A stretch of DNA of 64,000 nucleotides from Candidatus Latescibacterota bacterium. GTDB lineage: Bacteria > Latescibacterota > UBA2968 > UBA8231. The position numbers were made by a program, and so were the translations under genes. The notes beneath the pieces were generated by a model that saw only the letters and a program-made list of their open reading frames with translations, was not told where the DNA came from and made no database searches. Positions 54,478-64,000 of this stretch are shown here, piece after piece (position 1 is the stretch's first letter; each line of letters opens with the position of its first letter). The stretch is taken from positions 1,728,001-1,792,000 of the forward strand of contig CBDCXV010000010.1 of assembly GCA_965223905.1 (NCBI GenBank). Reading direction: 5' to 3'.

Positions 54478-54506
54478 AGAATACTGAAATTTTGTTCAGT
54501 TGTCAA
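54478..54506 (-). promoter_or_regulatory. recA promoter with an operator-like palindrome in its spacer
   Basis: TTGACA-17nt-TATTCT; the spacer is ACTGAAC-AAAA-TTTCAGT (palindrome 54483-54500). Confidence 0.75.
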
Positions 54507-54739
54507 GCCTGGGCATCCACTCCCTTGAAGAGAGCTGGGAGGGGGCACCCCGCTCGCCTCCTGCTGTACGCGTTGGCCGATACCCCTTCAACTGTCGTGC
54601 CCGGACTGCACCCCGCTGGTCCACCAGGTGATAACTACTTGTTTCAAATGTACTTAAGATATAGACCCAGATTTGCCGGGAGGCCGTTGGCGGCCCGGCC
54701 CCCGGGTATCGTCGTATACGGAGATGTTCCCGATCGGTG

Positions 54740-55627
54740 TCAGGCAGAACGGGCGGCAGCGGCGCTGTGGCTGGCGATCACGACGCGCGGGATGCCACCG
54801 AGGTCGGGACGGACGCCGACAGGGGCGAAGTTCCCGCTCTCTTGGAGGATCCCGGATACCTCGGACGCCTGGCCGTCACCTACCTCCAGGAGGAGCAGGC
54901 CGTCCGGGGCGAGCACCGAGCCTGCGGAGACGGCGAGCCTGCGGTAGAAGTCGAGCCCGTCGGTGCCGCCGTCCAGAGCCAGGCGGGGCTCGAAATCCCG
55001 CACCTCCGCGTCGAGTCGCTCGATCTCGGCGCTGGGTATGTACGGAGGGTTGCACACGACTGCTTCGAAGTGGTCGCCGGGGGCGAATGCGGACAGGAGG
55101 TCGCTGCGGACGATATGGAGGTTCCCGTCGACTCCGCGGGCCGTTGCGTTGCGCCGGGTCGTCATCAGGGCATGGCGATCGATATCGACTGCCGTCACGC
55201 GCGCCGAAGGCTTCTCGTGGGCGATAGAGATCCCTATGGCGCCGCTGCCGCACCCGAGATCCAAGGTGTGGGGATTTTCCCTCGACGTCAGGAACTCCAG
55301 GGCGCAATCGACCAGAATCTCGGTTTCCGGACGCGGTATCAGGACCGATTCCGACACCTCGAGATCGAGCAATCGAAAGCTCGCCGTGCCGGTGATGTAC
55401 TGAACGGGAGCCCCGCGCAGGCGTTTGCGCACGTAGCCGCGGAAACGGGCGATCTCTTCTTCGATGACCGTCCTTTCGAACTGGAGGTAGAGGTCGAGTC
55501 GCTTTATCTCCAGGGCGGCTGCCAACAGCAGCTCGGATTGCAGCCTGGGATTGTCGATCCCCTGTGACGCAAAAAAGCCGCTCGCTTCGTTCAGAAGGTC
55601 GAGCAGCTTCCAAGGGGGCTTACTCAT
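54740..55627 (-). CDS. prmC: Release factor glutamine methyltransferase
   Basis: PVQYITG, LIPRPETE, LDLGCGSG, NPPY, EPRLALDGG.DGL; follows prfA. Confidence 0.96.
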   Translation of the reverse strand: MSKPPWKLLDLLNEASGFFASQGIDNPRLQSELLLAAALEIKRLDLYLQFERTVIEEEIARFRGYVRKRLRGAPVQYITGTASFRLLDLEVSESVLIPRPETEILVDCALEFLTSRENPHTLDLGCGSGAIGISIAHEKPSARVTAVDIDRHALMTTRRNATARGVDGNLHIVRSDLLSAFAPGDHFEAVVCNPPYIPSAEIERLDAEVRDFEPRLALDGGTDGLDFYRRLAVSAGSVLAPDGLLLLEVGDGQASEVSGILQESGNFAPVGVRPDLGGIPRVVIASHSAAAARSA

Positions 55628-55743
55628 TTATTTGGCGTCCGTCTCACAACTGCCTCGACACTCTTCGACCGATCCGTGCCATTCTTCGCGGGCCGGATTT
55701 CCCCGCTCGGATCATGAAAACAGGACGCCTGAAGGCCGCTGAC

Positions 55744-56826
55744 TCATGAGGCCAGCGCATCTCCTTGTTCCGCTTCGGCGAGTTTGTCGAGGAACTCGTC
55801 GAGCTCGCCGTCGAGAACGCCATCCAACCGGTAGATCGACAGCCCGATGCGGTGGTCGGTAACGCGACCCTGGGGAAAGTTGTAGGTGCGTATCTTGGCG
55901 CTGCGGTCGCCCGACCCGATCTGCTGCCGCCGCTCTCGCGACAGCTCGGCCTCCTGTTCCTCGCGGCGTTGATCCAGGAGGCGCGCGCGCAGGACCTTCA
56001 TCGCCTTGTTCTTGTTCTTCAGCTGCGACTTTTCGTCCTGGCAGCTGACCACCATGCCGGTCGGTTTGTGCGTGATCCTCACCGCCGAGTCGGTCGTGTT
56101 CACACTCTGTCCGCCCGGACCGCTGGAGCGGTACACGTCGACCTCAATCTCTTCAGGGGAGATCTCGACATCGATATCGTCGGCCTCGGGCAGCACCGCC
56201 ACCGACGCTGCCGAGGTGTGGATACGGCCGCTGGCTTCGGTCTTGGGCACGCGCTGAACCCGGTGCACCCCGCTTTCGAATTTCAGCTTGCCGTACGCGG
56301 AAGCACCCGAGACCATGAAGACGACCTCCTTGAATCCTCCAGAGGGATTGGTGCTCGAGGAGAGCGGCTCGGTTTTCCAGGAATTGCGTTCGGCGAAGCG
56401 GTGGTACATCCGGAACAGGTCGCTGGCGAACAGGCCGGCTTCGTCACCTCCGGTACCCGCCCGGATCTCGACGATGGCGTTGCGCCCGGCATTCGGATCC
56501 CTGGGGATCAACAACAGCTGAATCCCCGCTTCGAGTTGGCCGATCTCCCCGTGGAGCTCCCGCAGCTCCTCGCTGGCCAGCTCCACGAGTTCGGCATCGT
56601 CCGCCTCGGCGATTATCTGCACCGCATCGGCGCGGCGTTCCAGGCATCCGCGATAGCTCCCTGCGAGGTCGACGACCTCGCGCAACTCCCCCAGCTCGCG
56701 GGCCAGCCGTTGGTACTGCGAGGAATTCCGGACGATCTCCGGGTCAGCGAGGTCTTCGCTGATCTCGTCGAACCGCCGCTCTTTCTCGCCGAGCTTGTCG
56801 AGCAGTGGAGAGGGGGCGTCGCTCAT
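55744..56826 (-). CDS. prfA: Peptide chain release factor 1
   Basis: EIRAGTGGDEA, ESGVHRVQRVPKT (PxT), GPGGQSVN, IRTYNFPQGR. Confidence 0.97.
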   Translation of the reverse strand: MSDAPSPLLDKLGEKERRFDEISEDLADPEIVRNSSQYQRLARELGELREVVDLAGSYRGCLERRADAVQIIAEADDAELVELASEELRELHGEIGQLEAGIQLLLIPRDPNAGRNAIVEIRAGTGGDEAGLFASDLFRMYHRFAERNSWKTEPLSSSTNPSGGFKEVVFMVSGASAYGKLKFESGVHRVQRVPKTEASGRIHTSAASVAVLPEADDIDVEISPEEIEVDVYRSSGPGGQSVNTTDSAVRITHKPTGMVVSCQDEKSQLKNKNKAMKVLRARLLDQRREEQEAELSRERRQQIGSGDRSAKIRTYNFPQGRVTDHRIGLSIYRLDGVLDGELDEFLDKLAEAEQGDALAS

Positions 56827-57887
56827 TCGCCAGCCCCGTCCGAGCCGGGCGGAGATTCGGCCGCCTCCGCCGGGGCGGCAGAAGGGGTTCGTCCATCCTG
56901 GGACCAGATCTCGTACTCGGCGACCGCGGGCAGTCCGAGGGCGCAGCGCAGGGCGACCAGGGCCACCTCGAGCTGGGCGTCGTCCGGCTCCCGGGTCGTT
57001 ATCCGCTGCAGCCAGAGACCGGGAGCGATCAGCAGTCGGGTCAGGGGATGATTGCGTTTTCGGCCGGAAAGTTTCAGCAGCTCGAAGCTCACCCCGGATA
57101 TTAATGGCAGGACGCAAAGATGTGTGGCGAAACGCTCGAGCAGCGATTGTCTGCGGCCTATGGCCTCGGCGACGGCCGAGTCTACCAGCGCGAAGGCAAG
57201 TATCGATATCAGAACGACGATCAGCAGAAAACTGGTACCGCACCTGGGGTGCAGTCTCCCGTACCCTCGGGCCCGGACGACCGTCAAATCGTCGCCGGCC
57301 TCCTGCGTGTAGATGCTCTTGTGCTCGGCCCCGTGGTATTCGAAAACACGGCGTATTTCGCTCCAGTGACTCAAACCCCACAGGTACAGGATGAAAAGTG
57401 CCAGCCGCACCGAGCCGGCCAGCAGGTTGAACTGAAAGGCATCGCGAGCGGCGCCTCTGAGCTCGGCGACGAACAGCGGCAGGAAGAAGAAGATTCCCAG
57501 CCCTGCAGCGAGGCTGATCGCTACGGTCAGTACCAGGGCTGCCCGATTCTGCCAGGATTTGCCTGCCTGCTCGGGTTCGCCCTGCTGCCGCGCTTCGGCC
57601 TGCATCGCCATCTCGGCAGAGAAGTTGAGGGTGCGCACCCCGATGATCGCCATCTCGAAAAACGACACGGCGCCGCGAATGACCGGAACTCCCAACAGCC
57701 GCAGGCGCCGGGACCACGGGATGTGCTCCTCTTCCCTGACCAGGATCCCGCGGTCCGGAGTGCGCACTGCCGTGACTATTTTCTCCTGCGCCCGAATCAT
57801 CACCCCTTCGATGACGGCCTGGCCCCCGATCGGCAGGTCTTCCGATTCCCGCGTGCCTTGGGCGGTTGAGAAATTCCTGTTACTCAT
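56823..57887 (-). CDS. DUF1385 domain membrane protein
   Basis: IGGQAVIEGVM, VFEYHGAEHK, HPRCGTSF, PGLWLQRITTREPD; usual position between rpmE and prfA. Confidence 0.93.
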   Translation of the reverse strand: MSNRNFSTAQGTRESEDLPIGGQAVIEGVMIRAQEKIVTAVRTPDRGILVREEEHIPWSRRLRLLGVPVIRGAVSFFEMAIIGVRTLNFSAEMAMQAEARQQGEPEQAGKSWQNRAALVLTVAISLAAGLGIFFFLPLFVAELRGAARDAFQFNLLAGSVRLALFILYLWGLSHWSEIRRVFEYHGAEHKSIYTQEAGDDLTVVRARGYGRLHPRCGTSFLLIVVLISILAFALVDSAVAEAIGRRQSLLERFATHLCVLPLISGVSFELLKLSGRKRNHPLTRLLIAPGLWLQRITTREPDDAQLEVALVALRCALGLPAVAEYEIWSQDGRTPSAAPAEAAESPPGSDGAGE

Positions 57888-57976
57888 TCGTTTCGCTGCG
57901 TTCCCCGAAGTACATAAAAAAGGCGACAGGGCCGGCCCCTTCATGGAGCAAACCTGTCACCTCGAGTGTACGGGAA

Positions 57977-58237
57977 TCAGTTCCCAGCGGCTTTGTCGCC
58001 GTAGCGGCGGCGGAATTGTTCGATGCGGCCACCGCGTTCGGCGATCTGCTGGCGTTTGCCCGTATAGAACGGGTGGGATGCCGAACTGATCTCGACGCGG
58101 ATCAGGGGGTAGGTGTTGCCATCTTCCCACTCGATCGTCTGATCGGTAGCCGCCGTCGACCTCGTCAGCACCTTGAAGTCGCCGCTTACATCCTGAATGA
58201 CGACCGGCCGGTAGTCGGGGTGGATGTCGCTTTTCAT
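57977..58237 (-). CDS. rpmE2: 50S ribosomal protein L31 type B (Zn-independent)
   Basis: [13 protein letters not shown]...[24 protein letters not shown]; no CxxC. Confidence 0.96.
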   Translation of the reverse strand: MKSDIHPDYRPVVIQDVSGDFKVLTRSTAATDQTIEWEDGNTYPLIRVEISSASHPFYTGKRQQIAERGGRIEQFRRRYGDKAAGN

Positions 58238-58340
58238 GGCTCTTTCGCGTTCTGTCGTTGCAACGGGTTGGTTTAAAAGAAAATATGACCCTGTCAAAGT
58301 GGCGCAACGGCGGAAACCCCGCGGCGCCCGCAGGGGAGCG

Positions 58341-59693
58341 CTACTCGTTCATGGCCTTCAGGAATTCCTCGTTCGAAGCCGTTCCCTGCATCTTCTCGGT
58401 GAGGAACTCCATCCCCTCGACGACTCCCATCTGATTGAGGATGCGCCGAATGATATACGACCGGCTCAATTCCAGCTCGCCGAGAAGAAGCTCCTCCTTG
58501 CGCGTGCTGGTCGCGGTCACGTCGATCGCCGGATAGGTGCGCCTGTTGCTCAGCTTGCGATCCAGCGTCACCTGCATGTTTCCGGTTCCCTTGAACTCCT
58601 CGAAAATCACCTCATCCATGCGGCTGCCGGTATCGACGAGGGTGGTTGAGACGATGGTCAGGCTGCCCCCTTCCTCGACGTTGCGTGCAGCGGCGAAAAA
58701 CCTGCGCGGCCATTGCAGAGCTGTCGAGTCGACGCCCCCCGTCAGGATACGGCCGCTGTGTGGGGTGACGGTGTTGTAGGCGCGCGCCAGGCGCGTCATG
58801 CTGTCGAGCAGGATGACGACGTCCCGTTTGTGCTCGATCAGCCGACGCGCTTTCTCGATGACCATCTCGGCAACCTGAACGTGCCGGGTTGCGGGCTCGT
58901 CGAAAGTGGAACTGACGACCTCGCCCTTTACCGAACGCTGCATGTCGGTGACTTCCTCCGGGCGTTCGTCTATCAGCAGCACTATCAGAATCACTTCGGG
59001 GTGATTGTGGGTAATGGCGTTGGCGATTTTCTGAAGCAGGACCGTCTTGCCGGTGAACGGGGGGGCGACAATCAGCCCGCGCTGGCCCTTTCCGATCGGT
59101 GACAGCAGGTCGAGGATCCGCGTGGTGAGATCCTTGGGGTTGTGTTCCAGCACCATGCGCTCAGTCGGATGCAGAGCGGTCAGGTTCTCGAAAATCGTCT
59201 TGCTTTTGGTTACCTCTGGATCCTCGAAGTTGATCGCCTCGACGCGCAACAGGGCAAAATACTTCTCGTCGTTCTTCGGGGGTCTGATCTGTCCGGATAT
59301 GGTGTCCCCGGTGCGCAGGCCAAACCGTTTTATCTGGGAATGCGAGACGTAGATATCGTCGGGACCGGGCAGGTAGTTGTAGCTCGGAGAGCGCAGGAAG
59401 CCGAAACCCTCGTCGAGGACTTCGAGCACCCCCTGGGCAAACAGCAGTCCACTGCGCTCGGTCTGAGCCTTCAGTATGGCGAAGATCAGCTCCTGCTTGC
59501 GCAGCGAATGGTAGTCGGGAACGTCGAGATCGCGTGCCAACTCCTGCTGATCAAGGATGTTCATCTTCTGCAGGTCGATGATGTTGAGCTTTATGGTACG
59601 CTCGTTGGCGCGTTCGGATCTGGAACGGTTGTTGTTGCGTTCGGAGGGCGAACGCTTCCGTTCGGGCGCTGCCTTGGTGCGCTCGGCGGGCAT
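58341..59693 (-). CDS. rho: Transcription termination factor Rho
   Basis: [56 protein letters not shown]. Confidence 0.98.
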   Translation of the reverse strand: MPAERTKAAPERKRSPSERNNNRSRSERANERTIKLNIIDLQKMNILDQQELARDLDVPDYHSLRKQELIFAILKAQTERSGLLFAQGVLEVLDEGFGFLRSPSYNYLPGPDDIYVSHSQIKRFGLRTGDTISGQIRPPKNDEKYFALLRVEAINFEDPEVTKSKTIFENLTALHPTERMVLEHNPKDLTTRILDLLSPIGKGQRGLIVAPPFTGKTVLLQKIANAITHNHPEVILIVLLIDERPEEVTDMQRSVKGEVVSSTFDEPATRHVQVAEMVIEKARRLIEHKRDVVILLDSMTRLARAYNTVTPHSGRILTGGVDSTALQWPRRFFAAARNVEEGGSLTIVSTTLVDTGSRMDEVIFEEFKGTGNMQVTLDRKLSNRRTYPAIDVTATSTRKEELLLGELELSRSYIIRRILNQMGVVEGMEFLTEKMQGTASNEEFLKAMNE

Positions 59694-59954
59694 TGGGAGA
59701 CCTTTCGTGTAGATCGTTACATGGGTGTCGCGCCCCACCACGGGAACGCGGGGCGCGCTCCAGTTTCCCGTTCAAGGGCTTGTCGACCCGGATATCTGCA
59801 GGCCGAACGATGCGATTGAAAATTGAAGTCTTGTTGCTGGCCGGATTACTGCTGAAGTCTTGGTGACGGACAGCTGCCGGAAACAGGGACAGCAGACCGG
59901 AAAAGCGAAGTAAGTGTTAAGGAGAGGTTATGATTCGCTACGAAGGGTGGCGGT

Positions 59955-59983
59955 AAACTATAGAGGAATATGGGGATTGTCAA
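59955..59983 (-). promoter_or_regulatory. Putative rho promoter (long ~260-nt leader)
   Basis: TTGACA-17nt-TAGTTT. Confidence 0.6.
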
Positions 59984-60143
59984 GCCCTTTGGCGTCAGTA
60001 ACCCCTCCAGGCAAATGCTCCGAGTTTGCCCGACACTCCCCGATTCGCCTGGTTATCCAATGCCCCGGAACGTGGGGCGGATCCCTGGGGATATTTGTAC
60101 GCGCCGGATACAACCCTGCAAACCTCCTTGGTTACGTCTGGTC

Positions 60144-60181
60144 AAAAGAAAAGGGCGCGCCACCGTAGGGTAAGCGCGCCC
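60144..60181 (-). terminator. Rho-independent terminator
   Basis: GGGCGCGC-loop-GCGCGCCC followed by TTTTCTTTT on the minus strand, ~30 nt after the stop at 60209. Confidence 0.8.
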
Positions 60182-60208
60182 GCATTGATTGGGTGTCAGT
60201 CGTCGGCC

Positions 60209-61618
60209 TTAATTGCTGACGTCCCTTTCATATCCAAAGAAATCTGCGAACTTCATGAAATCATCGAGATTGATATTCCCATTGCAGTCCAGGTCGGCCT
60301 TGTAATTGTATTCGATATCATCCTCGGTAAAACCGAAGAAGTCAGCGAAGAGGAAGAAATCCCCATAATCAACGTCATCATCTTCGTCTAGGAAGCCGAC
60401 CACGTCGACTTCCTCTTCTGTTTCCGGATCGAAAATAACCTCGACACGAGCACAGACGAGCTCGGCAACGCTGCTGCCGAGAACCACTACCCCGGCCTCC
60501 CTGTTGCGGGGATCATTGCTGGAGATGTTGAGGGAGGAATTGAAGTCACCCGTTTCGGCCGGGGAAAAGAGGATGTCGACTTCCTCTGATGCATCGGGAG
60601 CGATCACGACTTCGGCATCCTCATCGTCGATGGAGAACGCGTCATCCCCCTCCAGTACCAAGCTGACCTCAAGATCCCCGTCCCCATTGTTGGTGATCGC
60701 CAAGGTCTTGGTCTTGCTCTCGCCTGGAAGCACGTTGCGAAAGTTGAATCTGGTGCGGCTCAGGGAAATCATCGGCGCATCGATACCGCCGACGATAGTG
60801 GCACTCAACCCCACGACCGTCTCGCGATTATCCGGATCGTTCGTTCTGATAGTCAGTGCCCCGCTGTAATCGAGGTTGAAGTTACCGACCTCGGCGGCCA
60901 GGAAACTGACCGAAAACGAGATGTCTTCGTTGATCGCGAGAATGATCGGCTCATCGTCAGCGTCCAAGTCCATAGCGAAGCCGTCCCCCTCAATCGAGAC
61001 TTCGACACCGAGGACGGCATCGGCGTCGGTGGCCGCATTGGTAACTGTGATGGTCTCAGACGTTTCCGAATCGGGGCCAACCTCCCCGAACGCGATATCT
61101 CCCTCCGGGGTAATGGAGACTACTGGCGGCGGTCCGACTGCGACCGGACCGGAATCCGCAGCTTCGCTCTCGTTTCCGCCGCCATCGACAGCGGTGACCG
61201 AATAATCGTAAGTGATCCCGCTTTCCACCGTTTCATCGACGTAGGTGTAGGAGTCGAACCCGACCTCGAAAGGTACTTCATCGATCAATTCGGGCTCACC
61301 ACCAAGCTCGCTACGCCTGATGCTGTAGCGAACGACGTCTTTGACGAGAATTGACGGACCACCTGAAGTGAAATCGGGCCCGACCGGCACTGTCCTCACC
61401 CCCTCCGAAGGGGAGGGATCCCATGTCAGGACCACGCTGGGGCCGACGAAGTCGACTTCGGCTGTCAGGTTGCTAGGTGCATCAGGGGCGATATCGTCGA
61501 CCCCGGCAACCGGATCGGACAGATGGTGGTCAGCGTTTGCGGAATTCGCCCAAACAAGGGCGGCAGCCAACCCGAACAGGGCGACGCCTGCCGAAAACGT
61601 CTTTATACCTCTCGACAT
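60209..61618 (-). CDS. Secreted acidic surface protein: FN3-like + Ig-like (choice-of-anchor D/ASH-like) domains + dockerin/EF-hand-like tail
   Basis: GAGGAGG RBS, signal peptide (ANA cleavage), APSNLTA...LTW...Y.YSVTAVD..GNES, ITN.GDGDL, and duplicated D-x-D-x-D/N...DF..FADFFG. Confidence 0.8.
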   Translation of the reverse strand: MSRGIKTFSAGVALFGLAAALVWANSANADHHLSDPVAGVDDIAPDAPSNLTAEVDFVGPSVVLTWDPSPSEGVRTVPVGPDFTSGGPSILVKDVVRYSIRRSELGGEPELIDEVPFEVGFDSYTYVDETVESGITYDYSVTAVDGGGNESEAADSGPVAVGPPPVVSITPEGDIAFGEVGPDSETSETITVTNAATDADAVLGVEVSIEGDGFAMDLDADDEPIILAINEDISFSVSFLAAEVGNFNLDYSGALTIRTNDPDNRETVVGLSATIVGGIDAPMISLSRTRFNFRNVLPGESKTKTLAITNNGDGDLEVSLVLEGDDAFSIDDEDAEVVIAPDASEEVDILFSPAETGDFNSSLNISSNDPRNREAGVVVLGSSVAELVCARVEVIFDPETEEEVDVVGFLDEDDDVDYGDFFLFADFFGFTEDDIEYNYKADLDCNGNINLDDFMKFADFFGYERDVSN

Positions 61619-62014
61619 ATTCGATTTCCTCCTCATCGGAATCTCTGTAATCGGGAATTTTTCGATCGTGAAGGGCGTTGAGAAGCACCTTCGACTTCCT
61701 CGGGTCCAACAGTGCGGAAATTTCCCACAACTCAAGGCGAGGTCGCTAGTTACTGCAAAAAGGTGCTGAGTACCGCTAATTTAGGGTATTGTCGTTGCAA
61801 GTCAAGCAAATTTCTCGTCTGCCCTGGGCGCTTTTTGGGGACCAGATGCCGCTGTCAATGTCATTCGGAAGGGCCGATTCCGGGCGCCTGCCCTTTTGAG
61901 CAGCATACCGGTACGTGCTTGCACGATGGCGGGTAATGGAGCCAGTTCGCCGCCTCCGTATGCCGCCTCCGTATACTGTGTATGCAAAAGTCAGCAGCCC
62001 CAAAATATCGCGGT

Positions 62015-62043
62015 TTGACCGGGAAATCCAACCCGGGTAGCTT
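62015..62043 (+). promoter_or_regulatory. Putative dnaG promoter
   Basis: TTGACC-17nt-TAGCTT. Confidence 0.6.
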
Positions 62044-62102
62044 CTGATGCCCGGCGGCAATCCGGCAACCCGCAGACTGTCCTTTTCGATCGGGGCGTGA
62101 AA

Positions 62103-63911
62103 ATGGCCCGGAATCTCATCCCGGAAGAAACCCTGGAGCGCATCAGGGCGGCAACCGACATCGTCGACCTCGTGTCGGGCCATGTCCAGTTGACCAGGAA
62201 GGGCAGGAACTTCCTTGGACTGTGCCCCTTTCACACCGAGAAAACCCCGTCGTTCAACGTCAATCCCGAGCTGCAGATCTATCGCTGTTTCGGCTGCGGA
62301 GCCGGCGGAAACATCTTCAAGTTCATCCAGGAGATGGACCGCGTCAGCTTCCCGGAGGCGGTATCCTTCCTCGCACGGCGCTGCGGCGTGGAGATCCCAG
62401 AGGGCGGAGCATCGCGGCGGGACGGGCAAGTCGCCGACAAGATCTACCGGGCCAACGAGTGGGCGGCCAGGTATTTCCACCACCTCCTGCGGCAGGATGA
62501 AGGCCGCATGGCCCTCGACTACCTGCACGACAGGGGTCTCTCCGACGAAGTAATCGACCGTTTCTACCTCGGGTACGCTCCGTCGGGCGGGACCTCGCTG
62601 CTGGAACGGGCAGGCCGGCGCGGCCATACCGCAGAGTTGCTGGAAAAGGCGGGACTGGCGCTTCCGAGTCGCTCAGGGAGAGGCCACTACGACCGCTTTC
62701 GCCAGCGCGTGATGTTTCCGATCGCCAACCTGTCGCGCCGTTCCATCGGCTTCGGCGCCAGGGCGCTGAAACCCGGCGATGAGCCCAAGTACCTCAATTC
62801 CCCCGAAACCGCCGTCTACCACAAGGGATCCGTGCTCTACGGGTTGAACTGGACGCGGAAGGAGATCGGCAGCCGCGACTGCGCCATCGTCGTAGAAGGC
62901 TACATGGATCTTCTCGCACTTGCGCAGGCGGGTATCGGCCACGTGGTGGCCTCTTCCGGAACCGCTCTCACGGAACAGCAGTGCCGAACTCTCGGCCGTT
63001 ACGCCCGCCGCGTCGTCCTGGTGTTTGACGGCGACGCCGCCGGTTCGGCCGCGGCCATGAACGGGCTTGAGGTGCTGATCGGGGCCGGCCTCGACGCGCA
63101 GGTCGTTTCCCTTCCCGGTGGCGACGACCCCGACAGTTTCGTGCGCCGGGAGGGCTCAGGGCGCTTCGAGCAACTCGCCGAGGGAGCCCAGCCCGCCCTC
63201 GACTTCTACATCGGGCGGCTGGCCGCGGAATTCGACCTGTCGACCATGGCAGGCAAGACGCGGGCCATCGAGCGCGTGGTGCCGCTGGTCGCCAACTGCA
63301 ACGATTCGGTTTCCCGCGACTTGATGCTCCGGCAGGTTGCACAACGGCTCGGGGTCGACGAACGGGCATTCCGAGGCGATCTGGGCAAGACCCTCGTTTC
63401 GAGAAACCTCCGTACCCGAACTTCGACGGAGGAACTGCCGGAAATGCCCTCCTATCCAGAGCCGCCACGTCCAGAGCGGGACTTCATCGGTCTTCTCCTG
63501 CAACACCCGAAACTGATCTCGCGGTCCGCGGCGGAGTTGGCCCCGGACCATTTCACCGATGCGAGGGTGCGCGAGTTGGCCGCACTTCTGTTTTCCCGCG
63601 GCGCCGACGACCCACTCGATCTGCCCACCTTGATGTCGAGCGTCGAGAACCCGGGGCTTGGCGATCTGATTTCGTCCTGCGCCCTGATCGGGTTCGACGA
63701 GGAACAGGTGGAGCTGCAGTGGCGCGACTACGTGAGGGTTTTTCGCAGGAACTCCCTGACACGCAGAATCGAGGAATCCAAACGCGAGCTCGAGGCCGCG
63801 GAACGCGCCTCCGGCGGCCTGGACGTCGATAGCGTCAACTCCCGTATGATGGATCTCATCCGCGAACAGCACGAGTTCGACGCCGTCAAGCTCGGGGACG
63901 AGAATGCTTGA
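62103..63911 (+). CDS. dnaG: DNA primase
   Basis: CPFH.EKTPSF...CFGC zinc finger, RVMFPI, FGAR, KYLNSPET, VEGYMD, FDGDAAG, DPD. Confidence 0.98.
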   Translation: MARNLIPEETLERIRAATDIVDLVSGHVQLTRKGRNFLGLCPFHTEKTPSFNVNPELQIYRCFGCGAGGNIFKFIQEMDRVSFPEAVSFLARRCGVEIPEGGASRRDGQVADKIYRANEWAARYFHHLLRQDEGRMALDYLHDRGLSDEVIDRFYLGYAPSGGTSLLERAGRRGHTAELLEKAGLALPSRSGRGHYDRFRQRVMFPIANLSRRSIGFGARALKPGDEPKYLNSPETAVYHKGSVLYGLNWTRKEIGSRDCAIVVEGYMDLLALAQAGIGHVVASSGTALTEQQCRTLGRYARRVVLVFDGDAAGSAAAMNGLEVLIGAGLDAQVVSLPGGDDPDSFVRREGSGRFEQLAEGAQPALDFYIGRLAAEFDLSTMAGKTRAIERVVPLVANCNDSVSRDLMLRQVAQRLGVDERAFRGDLGKTLVSRNLRTRTSTEELPEMPSYPEPPRPERDFIGLLLQHPKLISRSAAELAPDHFTDARVRELAALLFSRGADDPLDLPTLMSSVENPGLGDLISSCALIGFDEEQVELQWRDYVRVFRRNSLTRRIEESKRELEAAERASGGLDVDSVNSRMMDLIREQHEFDAVKLGDENA

Positions 63912-63935
63912 CCGACGGCGATTATCCGGTAGTTT
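63908..63935 (+). promoter_or_regulatory. Promoter of the terminal tRNA
   Basis: TTGACC-16nt-TAGTTT, overlapping the dnaG stop. Confidence 0.55.
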
Positions 63936-63946
63936 CGATCCCGCCC

Positions 63947-64000
63947 GGGCCCATAGCTCAGTCGGTTAGAGCGGCGGACTCATAATCCGTTGGTCGTAGG
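63947..64000 (+). tRNA. tRNA with CAT anticodon, probably tRNA-Ile2 (lysidine); truncated by the window end
   Basis: GGGCCCA-TAGCTCAGTCGGTTAGAGC, anticodon arm GCGGA-CTCATAA-TCCGT. It lacks the initiator GGG/CCC anticodon stem and resembles ileX-type tRNAs. Confidence 0.88.

Overview
High-GC bacterial chromosomal segment. The gene content (short RpoD/SigA-type sigma factor, FlgD-Ig and dockerin/EF-hand-tailed secreted proteins, FG-GAP/ASPIC protein, DUF2723 proteins, double-length UvrA) suggests an FCB-group lineage such as Latescibacterota or a relative; this is an inference. It carries housekeeping genes (selB, uvrA, recA, hpt, rho-rpmE2-DUF1385-prfA-prmC, dnaG, tRNA-Val(GAC), a partial tRNA with CAT anticodon), many small-molecule oxidoreductases/hydrolases and envelope genes. 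There are two accessory patches. The first (1.7-6.3 kb) has a small HTH gene leading into an ABC-exporter operon, set head-to-head against an XRE-HTH + ImmA/IrrE metallopeptidase pair, followed by toxin-antitoxin remnants. The second (43.6-48.9 kb) is a decayed island upstream of tRNA-Val with a frameshifted CPA2-CBS antiporter, an IS4-family element with perfect 15-bp TIRs, a broken Dsr1-like SIR2 gene, an orphan hicB and an outer-membrane beta-barrel fragment. The best candidates for undescribed biology are: a sigma54-driven sigma70 gene (with IHF and UAS-like sites) heading an MFS-HEAT fusion; a DUF2723(TMEM260-like)-GT2-flippase locus that could be a protein glycosylation pathway; a protease/repressor switch wired to an ABC exporter; and a beta-barrel-fused SppA. 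All family assignments come from motif recognition by eye, not database searches. No CRISPR array or rRNA was seen.
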